A DNA stretch of 62,470 bases, counting the filler, from Circinaria calcarea (lineage: Eukaryota): assembly GCA_051942165.1 (NCBI GenBank). It is 6 parts of 6 records of this genome, joined end to end, with 100 filler letters (N's around TTAATTAATTAA, not from the genome) between each part and the next. Parts side by side here need not be neighbours in the genome. Positions count along the whole stretch, not along the records: positions 20,894 to 31,227 come from JAVECS010000822.1; positions 31,328 to 41,660 come from JAVECS010000823.1; 4 more parts are not named here. One strand, 5' to 3'. Below are positions 23,293-35,293 of the stretch, piece by piece. Under the pieces are notes generated by a model. It was not told the origin of the DNA, did no database searches, and worked only from the letters and a program-made list of their open reading frames with translations. Positions within the stretch are counted from its first letter, which is position 1. Each line of letters begins with the position of its first letter. The translations under genes were made by a program, and so were the position numbers.

Positions 23293-25358
23293 ATGGCGGC
23301 TGCAGTCATGGGTATGGCACCGCTTCTTCTTTTACTTCGTATCCTCAGATCTCCCAGGGAGTATCACAGCAAAAGATGAAAGACGTCCAGCCAGTTCTGT
23401 AGCACAACTATCAAAAATGTTCAAGTGGTTCATGAATAAGCTGACTCGTCTTCGACTCTGGCGGGTAGGCTCCGCATATTCTCCACCTTCTCCTGCCGGT
23501 CATTCCTCAGACACAACCTCCCCAATCTATCCCGACAGACCGATTCGTCCTTTACCCAAACGACCACTTCGTTCTCGCCTCTCTCCCGAGATTGCAGATT
23601 CGATCCTGTACCCACCAGCGCCAAGTATTTCCAAACCATTGTTTTATAACCCTTATAACGATCCGGGTTATTATGAAAGCGTTGCCGCTGTGAATGTGGA
23701 AGCTGCTGAAATAGACAAAGCTCTGCTGCAAGCTCAGAAGGCCTGCAACGGTGACAGCAAGCACGGTTATCAGTTCAAAGGCAATGAACTAGAAAGTGAA
23801 GATGAGGATGGTCTTGGTATCATACGTCGGTATGAGGGTCGACAAGCACTAGAATCGACACCTTCTCGCACCTTTGTGAATGGAACAAATAGAAACGAGG
23901 GTACGATCGCTCAGTCGACGGTGTCATCGAATGATTCTGTAGATGGATATGATTCTTTTGAAAACACCAACAACAAGAAGAAACGAAAAATCCCAGCTTC
24001 GGGAAGTTTAGGAAATCATCACTCATCGCTTTCGGCCGAGATGGCTAGTATGGGTATCTCGCCTTCTGGTGAACCGGAAATGTCCCAAATGAGTTCGGAC
24101 GGTGGTGTCGGACAATATTATGGTTCCGGAAGTTCAGCCATACCGGTTACTATTCCTGGCACAGGCATATCAGGGGCTGGGCGCGGTCGTTATGGTCGAT
24201 CAGGCGCACGTACAACAAGTGGTAGAAGCCCACTCGGTGTCTCCGCCAACGGGTCCAATGCGTGGCAAGCTGGTCGAGCTGGTACCCAACGCCGTGACTA
24301 CACGCCAGCTTCCACGTTCAACGGTAAAGGTAATTCCCTATTCGTCCAGTAGCCACTCACTTCAGGCTGATGTAATGATATCAGATCTAGTCTACGACCG
24401 ACCACCAGATCATGGTATCATATCGGCCGCTATTGCCAACGCAGCTGCACTTCCGGCAACGCCATCCAAAGGGCAGGAGAACATCAGCCTCCTGGAGCAG
24501 CAGGCGGCCAAGAAGAGAGCCCCAGCAAATACTCAGTTCACCTTCACTTGTGAATCAGATTCGGCAAAAGGAATGGTTTGGCCCGGTGAACAGAATCCTT
24601 CATTAAATGGGCTGCACAACATTGGTGCCCCGCCTCACAATCCAGTACCAGTCCCACCTTCGTCCCACCCGCAATCTTTTCAAGGGCAGAAAGGTTTCAG
24701 TACCCAAGGAACACAGACAAGCCCTACAATGGCAAGCCAAGCCAACCAGAATGGGATCCCTCCAGTGGGCCAGCAGCCTGCGCAGCAGCCAAAGAAACCT
24801 CGACGTCCGCCTGGCAAGCGCTACGCTATGGCAGCTCGTGAGCGTCGCTTACAACAGGAATACAACAATTTCCATCACCCACCCAAAGAAGAAGATATTT
24901 GGATCTGCGAATTCTGCGAATATGAAAGCATCTTTGGATCCCCACCAGAAGCCCTGGTGAGACAATACGAAATCAAAGACCGTCGAGAGAGGAAGCGTCT
25001 TGCAGAAAAACGTCGCTTGCTCGAAAAGGCGAAAATGAAAGGTCGGAAAGGCAAGAAAGGGAACAAGAATGCAACAAAAAATAACAACGTGGCTACTCAG
25101 CCCCAGTACGCACCTACGCAGCAGAACTATCCTCAGCAGCCATCGAACCAAGTGCCAGTACAAAACCACGGTACACAGAGCGAGGAGTATCTGGCTGACG
25201 ATTACGATGACGACCCGATACCGATGCCTGCTCTACCACTTCAAACCCCTACCAAAATCCCTCAACCTGTAGCCCGTCACAACACACAGAGTACCCGCTC
25301 CGCGCATGCCAACGGGACTACCAATACTACAGATGGTGGAGCAGGTCGTGCAGCGTGA
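23293..25358 (+). CDS. Conserved fungal protein of unknown function with C-terminal WICEFCEYE motif; exons 23293-23311, 23469-24329, 24385(or 24391)-25358
   Basis: Two long overlapping ORFs joined by a GTAATT..AG intron. Conserved-looking blocks PDRPIRPLPKR, DGYDSFENTNNKKKRKIP and IWICEFCEYESIFG. Confidence 0.75.
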
Positions 25359-26208
25359 GGGTCTGGTCGATATGGGGTGTGCCATATCGGTCGTTGCTCT
25401 TGGTATTTGCGTCTTGTTTTCTGTTGTGTTCCCTTCAAGCATCAAGTTTTGTGTGTGCAATACGGATTGTCGTCAAACCCAAGCCATCGCCCAAACGGTA
25501 TCAGCTGCTTTGACATTCGTTCATTGACTTGCACCGCTTTCCTCTATTGTACTTTCCTTGGAGGATGATGATGCGCTGCATTAGAGCCCCTTTCACTGCA
25601 TATGAGCGAATTATCCGTTTTGGACCCTTTGTCAAATGTGCGTTATCATTCTCTGAGCATATTCAGGAGTACCTTTTCCTTTATACATTTACCTCCGCTC
25701 CCCCCTCTCTTACCCTTATCCTGTCAGTCGCATGAAGACTACAAAGACGTGTACAAATGTAATTAGGTTGCAACAAATTGGACTACATCACATTAAAATG
25801 CTCCAGGATGAACACCGTGATAAGTCAAGTAGTATAATTACTCTACGCAGTCCGAGGATGCACAGGTATCTTATCTGGACCACTTCAAATAGAGATGATC
25901 TGGCCTAGCATCAATTAACTGTAGACTCAGAATGCTCGATTGCAGAAGTGACTATCTTAGGTCTTCAGTACCGTTTGCCTTCGCTACGTAGGGCTAGAAT
26001 TCCGGAAGCGGCTGGCTGGTTACACGGGGTTGCGGCCCAATCCTCAGACCTCTCAGCCTCGACATTATATGTACTTTCAATTATACCGAGTCCGTCTTTG
26101 AAACCCAACCTTCTCCCCTTGCCGTTGAAACGTGTTCTCCAACCGCCTACTACCTACAACCTACATTAAAACTACCTCTGTCAAAGTAACTGTCAAACGC
26201 TGTACAAG

Positions 26209-27825
26209 ATGGATCGCAGTTTGGACGATGTTATTTCCGATCGCCAGGTAATAAACCTCCATGGTTATGCCTTTCAACGAAATAGCTGGACTGATCAACA
26301 CCTACTTTACAGAGAGGAGGTAATCGAGGGGGGAGAAATCGCCGTCGAAACAACTGGCCGCGTGATGGCGCAAGAAAGGTATGGTAATGAGGACCCCAGA
26401 AGACCTCGACTTTCCCATTCCTGCGCGTGTCGGGGTACGAGTACTTATGCTTCTTGCATAGGTTCTTCCACCTCCACTTCCCTCCCATGCCGCCCTCAAA
26501 TCGCAGATCCAACAGTCAGGCGCGGTCCCATTCTTGCAACTGGATCTCAAACCGAGCCTGCCTCGACGACACTGCTTTTGCACATGATGATTTTGACACA
26601 ACGCTGACCTAGTCCTCTTTCTCCTTGTGGCTGTGTAGACAAACAGCAGAGATGACGACACCAACATAGATACGTGAGTTGGAGCTCCGGGTCCACAGTG
26701 CGCTTTTATAGGGGACTGACATGGAATCGTGGGATTAGCGATTGGCTCCATGATAAATACCAAGATGACGAAGCAGACAGTACGTGCTTTGAAAAGGGAT
26801 GGAGGAGCAGATTCCAACTGACTGTTCTGAAGCCCGCCCATCTAACCGTGTACCACGAAACCGAAGAAACCTAGACCGTTACTCGCCCGAGGCTGATCTG
26901 TAAGCGTTATACCCTTGGAATTATCACTTCGATTAGGCTATGCTCATTGGTCTTTCTCTCACAGTACGTCCGAAGGCGCTAAACTCCGCGTCGATAACCT
27001 ACACTACGACCTTACAGAAGATGATCTCGAGGTATGTTCTCTATCTCAGTCATCCCATAGTCTTACTGACCGCCATCCTACAGGACCTTTTTACTCGTAT
27101 TGGTCCGGTTAAATCCCTCTCCCTCCGATACGACCGTGCTGGCCGCTCTGATGGTACTGCCTTTGTTACCTACGTCTCCCTTGCCTCCGCTCACAAAGCC
27201 ATCCGCGAATTTGATGGTGCTAACGCGAACGGGCAACCCATTCGTCTAACCCTCATGTCGTCTTCCTCGATGGGGAGAAGAAACGGCAACGGCGAATCTC
27301 GCAATCCATTCGATACCGCTGTCAAACCTAGCCGAAGCCTCTTTGACCGCGTCTCAATGCCAAGGGAGAAAGGCAGAGACAGAAGTCGGAGTCCTGGTGC
27401 GCCTAGGAGGACTGATACAAGGAAGCCTCCTCCAGAGGGAGTGGATAGGTATGTGCCCGAAGATGGCGGTGCGGGGAGATTGACTCGATCGAGGTCGAGG
27501 TCTCCGATGCGTAGGGGAGGACGTGGAGGGAGAGATGATAGTCGACGGAATGGAAGGAGGGGGGATCGTGATGATGACGGAGGGAGGAAGATGGTTAATG
27601 GTCGGCCAAGGATGACTCAAGAGGAGTTGGACAAGGAAATGTGAGTTTTTCAGACGAGGGTGTCGTGGAGGGTGTTGCTAATTGGGTGTGTCTAGGGAGG
27701 ATTACTGGGGAAGTACATCGAATGATAACGGGGCCACAACTACCGCTAATAATGACAACGGGGTAACTGCTCCACAGCCGTCAGCTGCGGGCATGGAGGA
27801 TGAGGATATTGACATGATTGAATGA
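26209..27825 (+). CDS. ALY/REF (Yra1/THOC4-like) RRM mRNA-export adaptor, about 7 exons
   Basis: N-terminal MDRSLDDVI and C-terminal ELDKEMEDY UAP56-binding-type motifs, WLHD motif, RRM (LRVDNLHYDL..YDRAGRSDGTAFV) and RG-rich region. Confidence 0.8.
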
Positions 27826-28619
27826 GCATGCTGTCTTCCGCAGACTGATTATGGGGTGCATCTTTCGAAGGCGGACATGATCGGTTTTCATGGCTTGCAT
27901 GGTGTCGACGAGAGCAGAGTCTGATGCATCTGGTGGGCACGGATAGAGGACATTGGGTCTGGCTTGGGTACTGGATTTTCCGCTCTCCGCATGTACAATA
28001 AACGTCGTAACCAGCTCAACGGCAGATGCATGTACGAAGAATGGAAACTTGTACGTTGTTTATGACACTCCTTGCCTGAAAATGTGCCTCTACACATTAA
28101 AGAATAATTCTACCTCCCATAGTTGTACACTGGGAACAGATTAGCACTCGAAATAACCCTATTTGAGCCCGATTTGGGTTAGCGCATCTCCCCCGGCGGA
28201 AAGAACCGCGCTTTTCGCGTCACCGTGAATTTTGTTTCCGCCCGATGAAAGATGCCTGTCAGTTTTAAGCTGCTGCCCTAAGAGTTAAGTCAGGTACCCT
28301 GTAGAATTCTCCCCGCTCATTCTCCATTCCCCTTCTCCCTCTACCTACAATTTGACCAGCACCGCCGTGGAGTCTCATCAGAGCTTCAAACCAGCCTCCA
28401 TTGGAAACCCGTCTTCTCAAGTCCCCCAATCACCAAATTAGTCCCCCGCTTCCTACTCACAACTACACAAAGAAAGTCGCCCACCAGCCCCATTGACTCG
28501 AGCCTCTTCGACTAGCAACTACAAAACCGAAAGGATACTCAATCTCACAAACACAGATACCATTTCGGCGACTTCTACTCTAAATCATGGCTTCGTAGAC
28601 GTCAAGCCATCGGAAGACA

Positions 28620-30778
28620 ATGTCTCCTCGACGCTCCTCTCGTGCACGCACAACCCAGCCCACCCCGTCTTTACCTCAGCACACCACCTCTTCCACATCT
28701 TCAATATCTTCCGGGCGCGCCGAAAGAAGCACGCGCTCACACCATAAGCTTCCGTCACCTCGAATCTCGGTTCCCAGGTCACAATCCTTGGACGACCTCG
28801 ACGAACCTGCCAAGCCACCAACGCGCAGGACGAGAAACGGGCAGGAAGAATCAAAGGAGAACATTGTCGGCGGTGTAGAAGACGATTTTGACGAAGAAGG
28901 CGAGGAAGGGGTGACTCGTTGCATCTGTGGGCACAAAGACTATCCGGGTTTACCCACACAGCCGGTCGAGACTCTGAAGCCGACTACAAAAGACAGCGAT
29001 CACCCCTTGGTATCCTCGGAGTCTCTTCCCGAAGATACCGGTGGATTCTTTATTCAATGCGACGTCTGCAAAGTATGGCAGCATGGGGGATGTGTGGGGA
29101 TTCTCGACGAGGGAATGAGCCCGGAAGAGTATTTTTGTGAGGAGTGTCGCAAAGACCTCCACAAGACTGCAACAATGCCTAATGGGTAAGGGCTCTTTTA
29201 CATTGGGTGGGAGAAACCGGCTAAGGTTGTGGCTACAGACAGAAACACTCCCGATACCTCCCAGTGCAAGAAGAACCCTCTCCGCAGGCGTCACCCGAGC
29301 CATCACCGCAGGAAGGTACCTCGCGAAAGACAAGAGATTTAAAGTCAAGACCTAGCGCGGAAGCCTTGGCTCACAAGAGGCGGTCCACGATGAACAGCCG
29401 AGACGCGGCATATGACGAAACGGAAGCGATGCGGAGGGCGATTGAAGAAAGCAAGAAAGATGGAGGATCTCGTAGCGTCGATACTGGTTCGCGACGGAAC
29501 AAGAGAGGCCGAAGCGACAGTGAAGAGTGAGTCAGGTTCATTCCCGCAATGGCACTTCGCCCGGTCACTGATCATGGTTGGTCGTTTAGTCGCAAAGATG
29601 ATTCAAAACGCCAACGAGTAGATTCCGGTTCCTCATCCTCTCCGCCGCTCGAGAAAATCCCACAATCCACCAATTCAGAAGACGAAGAGACTGGAGTGAG
29701 AAAGTCAAGCACCAGCGAACCCAAGAAGCTCCGGGGCGCAGCAGCACGCAATAATCGCGAGAAAGAACTTCAAGATCGAGAAAAGGATCGGGAGAAAGCG
29801 CGCGCCGATGCAGCAGGACGGCGCAAAGGTCGTGCTGAGCGAAGACGAGGTGATGGTGAGATTTTTGACAATGTCCTTGATTTTCCAGAGAAATTTGTCT
29901 CATGATATCTTGTTATAGATTCAGATCCATCCGAAGAACCTCTTTCCGTTACCACCTCTGCCAAAGGTGCCGACGCTTCTACCAGTGTCGACGCCGCCCT
30001 TTTACCGTCTCCAGATACCCCACCCGCAAACCAAGAACCCCCTCCGCCAAAACCGTCGCATAAAAAATCCGGACGTCCTCCAGCGAAAAAGAGTCGAGTT
30101 GGCAGAAATCAGTACACCAAGAACCACGAGGCGCTGCTAGAAGTGCAGGGAGGACATAGCCGGAACGGGTCGTTGCTGGATGGCGATGTGGGAATGAAGA
30201 GGAGAAGTCGAAGTCGGAGCTTGATGCAGGAAGCACGAGACTTTGGTTCGCATAATGCCAACGGGTACGGTCATTCCTACACACACAATAATACCATCAA
30301 CGGTGGAGGAGGAGGAGGTGGGAATACTTTATGGGGCGAAGCCGGCAAACCTTCCCGACCCAAACACATGAATCCGAACCGAACGAGCATGAACGAAATG
30401 AAGAGACGTGTGGCGGGGATATTGGAGTTTGTCTCACGGACGCAGGTGGAGATGGCGTTGGCGAGTCCGCGGAGTGGGAGTGGAACACGGAGTCAGGTCC
30501 CGACGCCACCCAAGAGTCAGGCGGTGGCTGTTTCGAGTGAGTTGAGTGTGAGGGCGATGGGAACTATCGAGGAGGGAGATGGTGGTGGTGGTGATGGTGG
30601 CGGTGATAGTAGGGAAGGGCTGGAGGAAAAAGGAGGGAAAGAGGATAGGGAAGGAAGAGAAAGGGGTAGAGGGGGGGAAATGAATTTTAAAGCCCTCTCG
30701 TCGGGTGAAATGATGAGTGTATTGGCGGGGAAGTTGGAAGGCTGGCAGAGGGAGTTTGGGAGATGGGGGGAGAAGTGA
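28620..30778 (+). CDS. CTI6: PHD-finger protein Cti6-like (Rpd3L/Clr6 HDAC complex subunit), 4 exons
   Basis: TRCICG..IQCDVCKVWQHGGCVGI..YFCEEC PHD finger, RRSTMNSRDAAYDE, RTSMNEMKRRVAGILEFVSRTQ and LEGWQREFG C-terminus. Confidence 0.85.
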
Positions 30779-31051
30779 ATCGAACTTCCGGTCGTCTCTC
30801 CGGGTAGAAAATGGAGGGTGGACGGTGAACTTTATGCGTTTTTAATTCTGGCTTAGGACAAACATGGTGCTTGGGGTTTCTAAAAGTAAAGGAAAGGGAG
30901 GTGTTGGGAAGGGGGTTCGTCTATGATATCCATGAGATTTTTTCTCACCCCCCTTTTTAGAGAGTAGGTATATACTCGTACCACTCGTGATCGAGAGTTC
31001 ATGCCATCGAGAGCTCATGCCATCGTAATCGAGCTGGGGATGACATGAATT

Positions 31052-31100
31052 GAAAATAAACTAGAAATGAAATGAAAGGAAAATAAACTAGAAATGAAAT
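31052..31100 (+). repeat. Imperfect direct repeat GAAAATAAACTAGAAATGAAAT x2 in low-complexity contig-end DNA
   Basis: Read directly; a second small repeat (ATCGAGAGYTCATGCC x2) lies at ~30990-31024. Confidence 0.7.
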
Positions 31101-31227
31101 AAAGATGGCAAAAGCGCATATCTCAGCCTTTCCCTTTTCCGTCTTCGTATCCTAGGCCTATGTTGTAAAAGGTGTTAAGAGGTGTGGGGTTTTGTACTGG
31201 ATATAAGAATCTCACTGATTTGGGGGG

Positions 31228-31327
31228 NNNNNNNNNNNNNNNNNNNNNNNNNNNNNNNNNNNNNNNNNNNNTTAATTAATTAANNNNNNNNNNNNNNNNN
31301 NNNNNNNNNNNNNNNNNNNNNNNNNNN
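31228..31327. other. Artificial contig spacer
   Basis: N44-TTAATTAATTAA-N44. Confidence 0.98.
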
Positions 31328-31546
31328 AAAAAAATCTCCCTTTCTTTTTTCCCACGTTTTCCTCGTTTTTCCATTTTCATTGTCGGATTATTCTAGCCCT
31401 CCACTCCATTCTCCTCCCCATAACCCTCATCCCATCCCCTTCTTCACTCCTAATTCCAAACTCTCCGCCACTTCCATTCACTTCACTTTCCTCCCCGCAA
31501 AGCGCCAGCGCTCCAACCCCAGCCCCGTCCCGCCCCTCGCGCTCAT

Positions 31547-34500
31547 CTAAAACCCATCTCCCTGCCCATGCTCCTTTGTACCACCCAAGTATTCTTCCTC
31601 CATCATCTCAACATCCAATCCCACCTCTCCCAAAATCTTCCCCCGCTCTTCCACTCCTCGTTCCTCCTCTTGCCCCTGCTCTTGCCTGGAGGGTCCAAAC
31701 CCACCACCACCACCACCCTCGCACTCTTCGATGCCCGCGGGTAAATCCACAATGTCCCACGTCTGCAGGGCATTACTCTCGGCCAAGTGCACGGCGACGT
31801 TGACGTGCTTGAAGTGGGGGTGGTCGTAGGAAAGGTCGGGGAATGGGTCCGGGAGAAGCTGGGTGTGCCATTGGGCGTCGGCTTCGTGGGAAGGGGAGAG
31901 ATTGTGGTCATGGTGTCGAGGGTGCAGCGAGTGGACATCGGGTGGGAGGTCGTGATGATGATGATGATGATGATGATTCAGGCTGGGTTCTCGCAGGAGG
32001 TAGGTGTCAAGCTGCTGAGGGATGAGCGAGTGGTGTGAATTCTGTTCTAGATGATGACGCTGATCTTGATCGGAATATCCTTCGTGCGACATGTAGCGCT
32101 CCAGCTGTTGCGGCTCTTGTTGATTTCGTACATCCGTTACCAGATCACAGAGGTAATCTGGATCGTGTTCCTGTTGAGTGTAAGACCGATGCTGATGCTG
32201 CAAACTAAGCTCAGCGCTAGAATTCAAAATCGCTGGATCGTACAACGCAAGATCCGACCCGGTATCAATGTTCAAGTGAATCTGCCCGCCAGTGAAATCC
32301 CCCACATAAGGGTCAGGCGTACAGCGACTTGTGGCATGGCTCTCCATATCTGTGCTCGTATAATGCGCGGTGCTCTGTTCGAACTCGCTAGCCGGCTTCA
32401 TCATCTCGCCTTGGCTTAGGAAATTACCATCAGAGTAGTCAACAGCATTGTAAGAAAATGCGGTACTCTGAGTGCTGAAACCCTCGGTACTGTAATCTAG
32501 GGTGCTAAGATCAATTGAATCATTGGACCTAGAACTTGTAGCTTGCTCCTGTAAAGTATACTGCGGATAGGGTTGCGCCCCATGCCTTGAACTGCGACTT
32601 TCACCATTGTCCAAGTTCGGCGCCGATAAGCCACATATCGAGTAGGCATCTGCATTTGTTGGAAATTCTTGGTTAGTCATCGAGGCCACAGGAGCTGTAA
32701 GATCAGGATCAAGGTAACTCTCTGGCTGATAATGAACTCTGTTCTCCGAAAATGCAGGCAATTTTGACAGGGCATTAAGATGGGACGGTCCAAAATGAAA
32801 ATCGTAATCTTCTTCGGCCTTCAACGTCAAATCCTGTGAAGATCTATTGAACAGGTTGGGTTGTGATTGCGTCCAATCCTCGCATTCCAAGGGACGTGTT
32901 CGCTGAGCATGAACAGATGGTTGAATGGCGATGGTATTGTGATCACCGAGCTGGGTCTGGTAGATTCCTAGAGAGGGTTCCTTAGGTAGCGGCGGAGGCG
33001 AGTGAATTGAGATTGTCGGAGGAGGCGGGATAAGCCTTCTCCATGTTGTCGTAGCCGCTTCGTCACCTCGTGTCTGGCGAAACTTCCAAAGGAAGATCGC
33101 TATGCGTTGAGGCTCTAGCTCATGGGGACTTGTAGCGTAAATTTCCTGCATGACAGACAGCTCACGAAGATAGCGGCGGGCATCCTCCTCCTCTTGAAGC
33201 ACATCTTTCGCATTACCGGTCGCAATCTTTTTATAACGGCGATCGATAATCTGGTGAAAGACATCAATCCACCAGCTGCTTTCGAGCGGAATCTCCAGCT
33301 GTGTCCGGGATGCATTTTCGACTAGAATAGGACGGAGTGGTCCCGATGGTCGACGCTTAGGCTTGCCGTGTACGTAGAACGTGGTACTGTGCTTCCAGTT
33401 TGTGTATCCCTGTTTAGAATCAACATCTGCAAAAAGGTGTATCCCAAGCCTTGAGCCTCGGGATGGGAGGTCATCCATTAACTTGAAGTTAGTCTCCAGT
33501 AAAAAGACTTCACTGTTCAACTGAGTGTGATCGTGGTGTAGCTTCTCCAAGTCTGGATATATATGTCGCCAGTCCAAAATGTCTTCTAGATTTCTAGATT
33601 GTGCACCCATTTCGCTTTGAGTGGTAGTATATGTGTGAATGATATCTCCACTTATAGCGGCATGGACACACATGTCGAACCGAACACGTTGCACTGAAGG
33701 ATTTCGAGGCAGATTGCTAGAGCCAAGAGTATTGACGGGAGGCGGTAGCAATCGACTAAAAACCTCCTCTTCCATCTTCACGTTGCCATGGTGGGAACGG
33801 TTCTTGGGGGGTCCAAATACCATCTCGCCCTTGATGGCATCGAAATAGCTGAAAGATGGGCCATTTTCGGAATTGGCTTTCTCGTCATACGTTACGAGTT
33901 TCAACCCTGAAAGTGTCAGTGTGAAATTCGGTACAAAATGGGCAGCTTATCCTACATGAGCTTCCTTTATTCATAAGACCCTTCAGTACCTGGATATGAC
34001 TCGATACCTGCTTACGACCGCGTGTTACGCCGGTAAGCTTGAATATCATCTTACTGATCAGCTCGTTCCGCCCGCAGGAGTTTTTTCCATTCGCCTCGCC
34101 GCTAGGAGTCTTCTTCTTGCCCATCGGAGGGATTTTCCGTAATGCTTGAGTGGTATCAGTAATGACCGGGCGGTATATTGAGTAGGCTGAAACCAACCAA
34201 ACTGGAAGGCTTCTTCAAGCTCATCTGACCAAACCTGCTCGCCATGCTTGTCGACAACCTTCTGCTGCCGTGCCCGATATGCAATGTATTTCGGGCTGTA
34301 GATCTCGGCATGGGTAAGCATGCCTTCGATCCTCACCCATATTACGTGCTCCCGCCCTTGGGCATCTTTGATGGTTCGGCGATCGAGATATTTGTCAGCC
34401 TCCGTGGTAGTCTGATGCTGCCTGGATGTACACCCGTTGACAGAAGTTACTTTCTTCCATCCACAATGTAAGTGCCCCTTGTGATCTCGGACCTCAAATG

Positions 34501-34693
34501 GCACGTATGGACCGTGGGAACTGGTAGGCCGTGGGTGGTAGAGTGGAGCGGTGAGGCGATTAGAGTCTGCTTGACCCGATGAGCTGAGGCTCTCTGTGGC
34601 GCTGAAGTGTGCATTTCCTGATGTGCTATGGAGGACTTTTGGCGGGGAGAACGGTCTTTCGGGGTGGGATGAGTTTCTGGATAATCGAGTCAT
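31547..34693 (-). CDS. abaA: TEA/ATTS-domain transcription factor, AbaA-like, 3 exons
   Basis: [17 protein letters not shown] and [15 protein letters not shown] signature; AbaA-type downstream blocks ([25 protein letters not shown]); poly-His tract near the C-terminus. Confidence 0.88.
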
Positions 34694-35293
34694 CGCATAA
34701 GGAATGTCCAAGAAACGAGGAATGGATGTTGAAGCTATGCTATCTCATAAGGTAGAGGTAGGAATGGTTTAAGAGACTGAACGCCCGAGTAGTATAAGAA
34801 TGTCCTGCCTTTCTTGTGTATATAGGGGTTCCTCCAGCGAAAACGATGCCTTTGCCGAAATTAGGAAGACAGGGAGGCAATTAGACACGGGTGGACTCTG
34901 GGCGGTAGGTACATCGTGATGCTAAGCCACATTGAGCTTCATCTCAAGACAGCGATCGTGGTCACGATAACAGTCGACTTCAATTTGGCAGACAGCACGA
35001 CCTGGATCAGCGAGAAAGCAAGGGATGCTTCCCCGGGCCGAAAGAAAGCCTACAAAAGGGAGATTAATACAAAGGGCCGTTAGAGCAGAAGAATGTTAAT
35101 CTACTGCCATGACAACCGTATGAATCCCGAAGCCTTTGGTACATTCCTTGAGAAGTAAACCGCTTTTCCTTACCAGATTCTTGACGAGCCATGACTGTGG
35201 CAACAGAAAGATCTGTATGAATTCCCACAAAGGGGTCAAATTCCAAGCAAGGGTTTGCCGGAGAGTTTTCTTCACATGCAACTGGTTCAAATC

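Noticed and set aside
26584..26607. C/D snoRNA in the ALY-like intron (ATGATGA..CTGA)
   Set aside because: The boxes are only ~13 nt apart and the CTGA coincides with the intron branch site.
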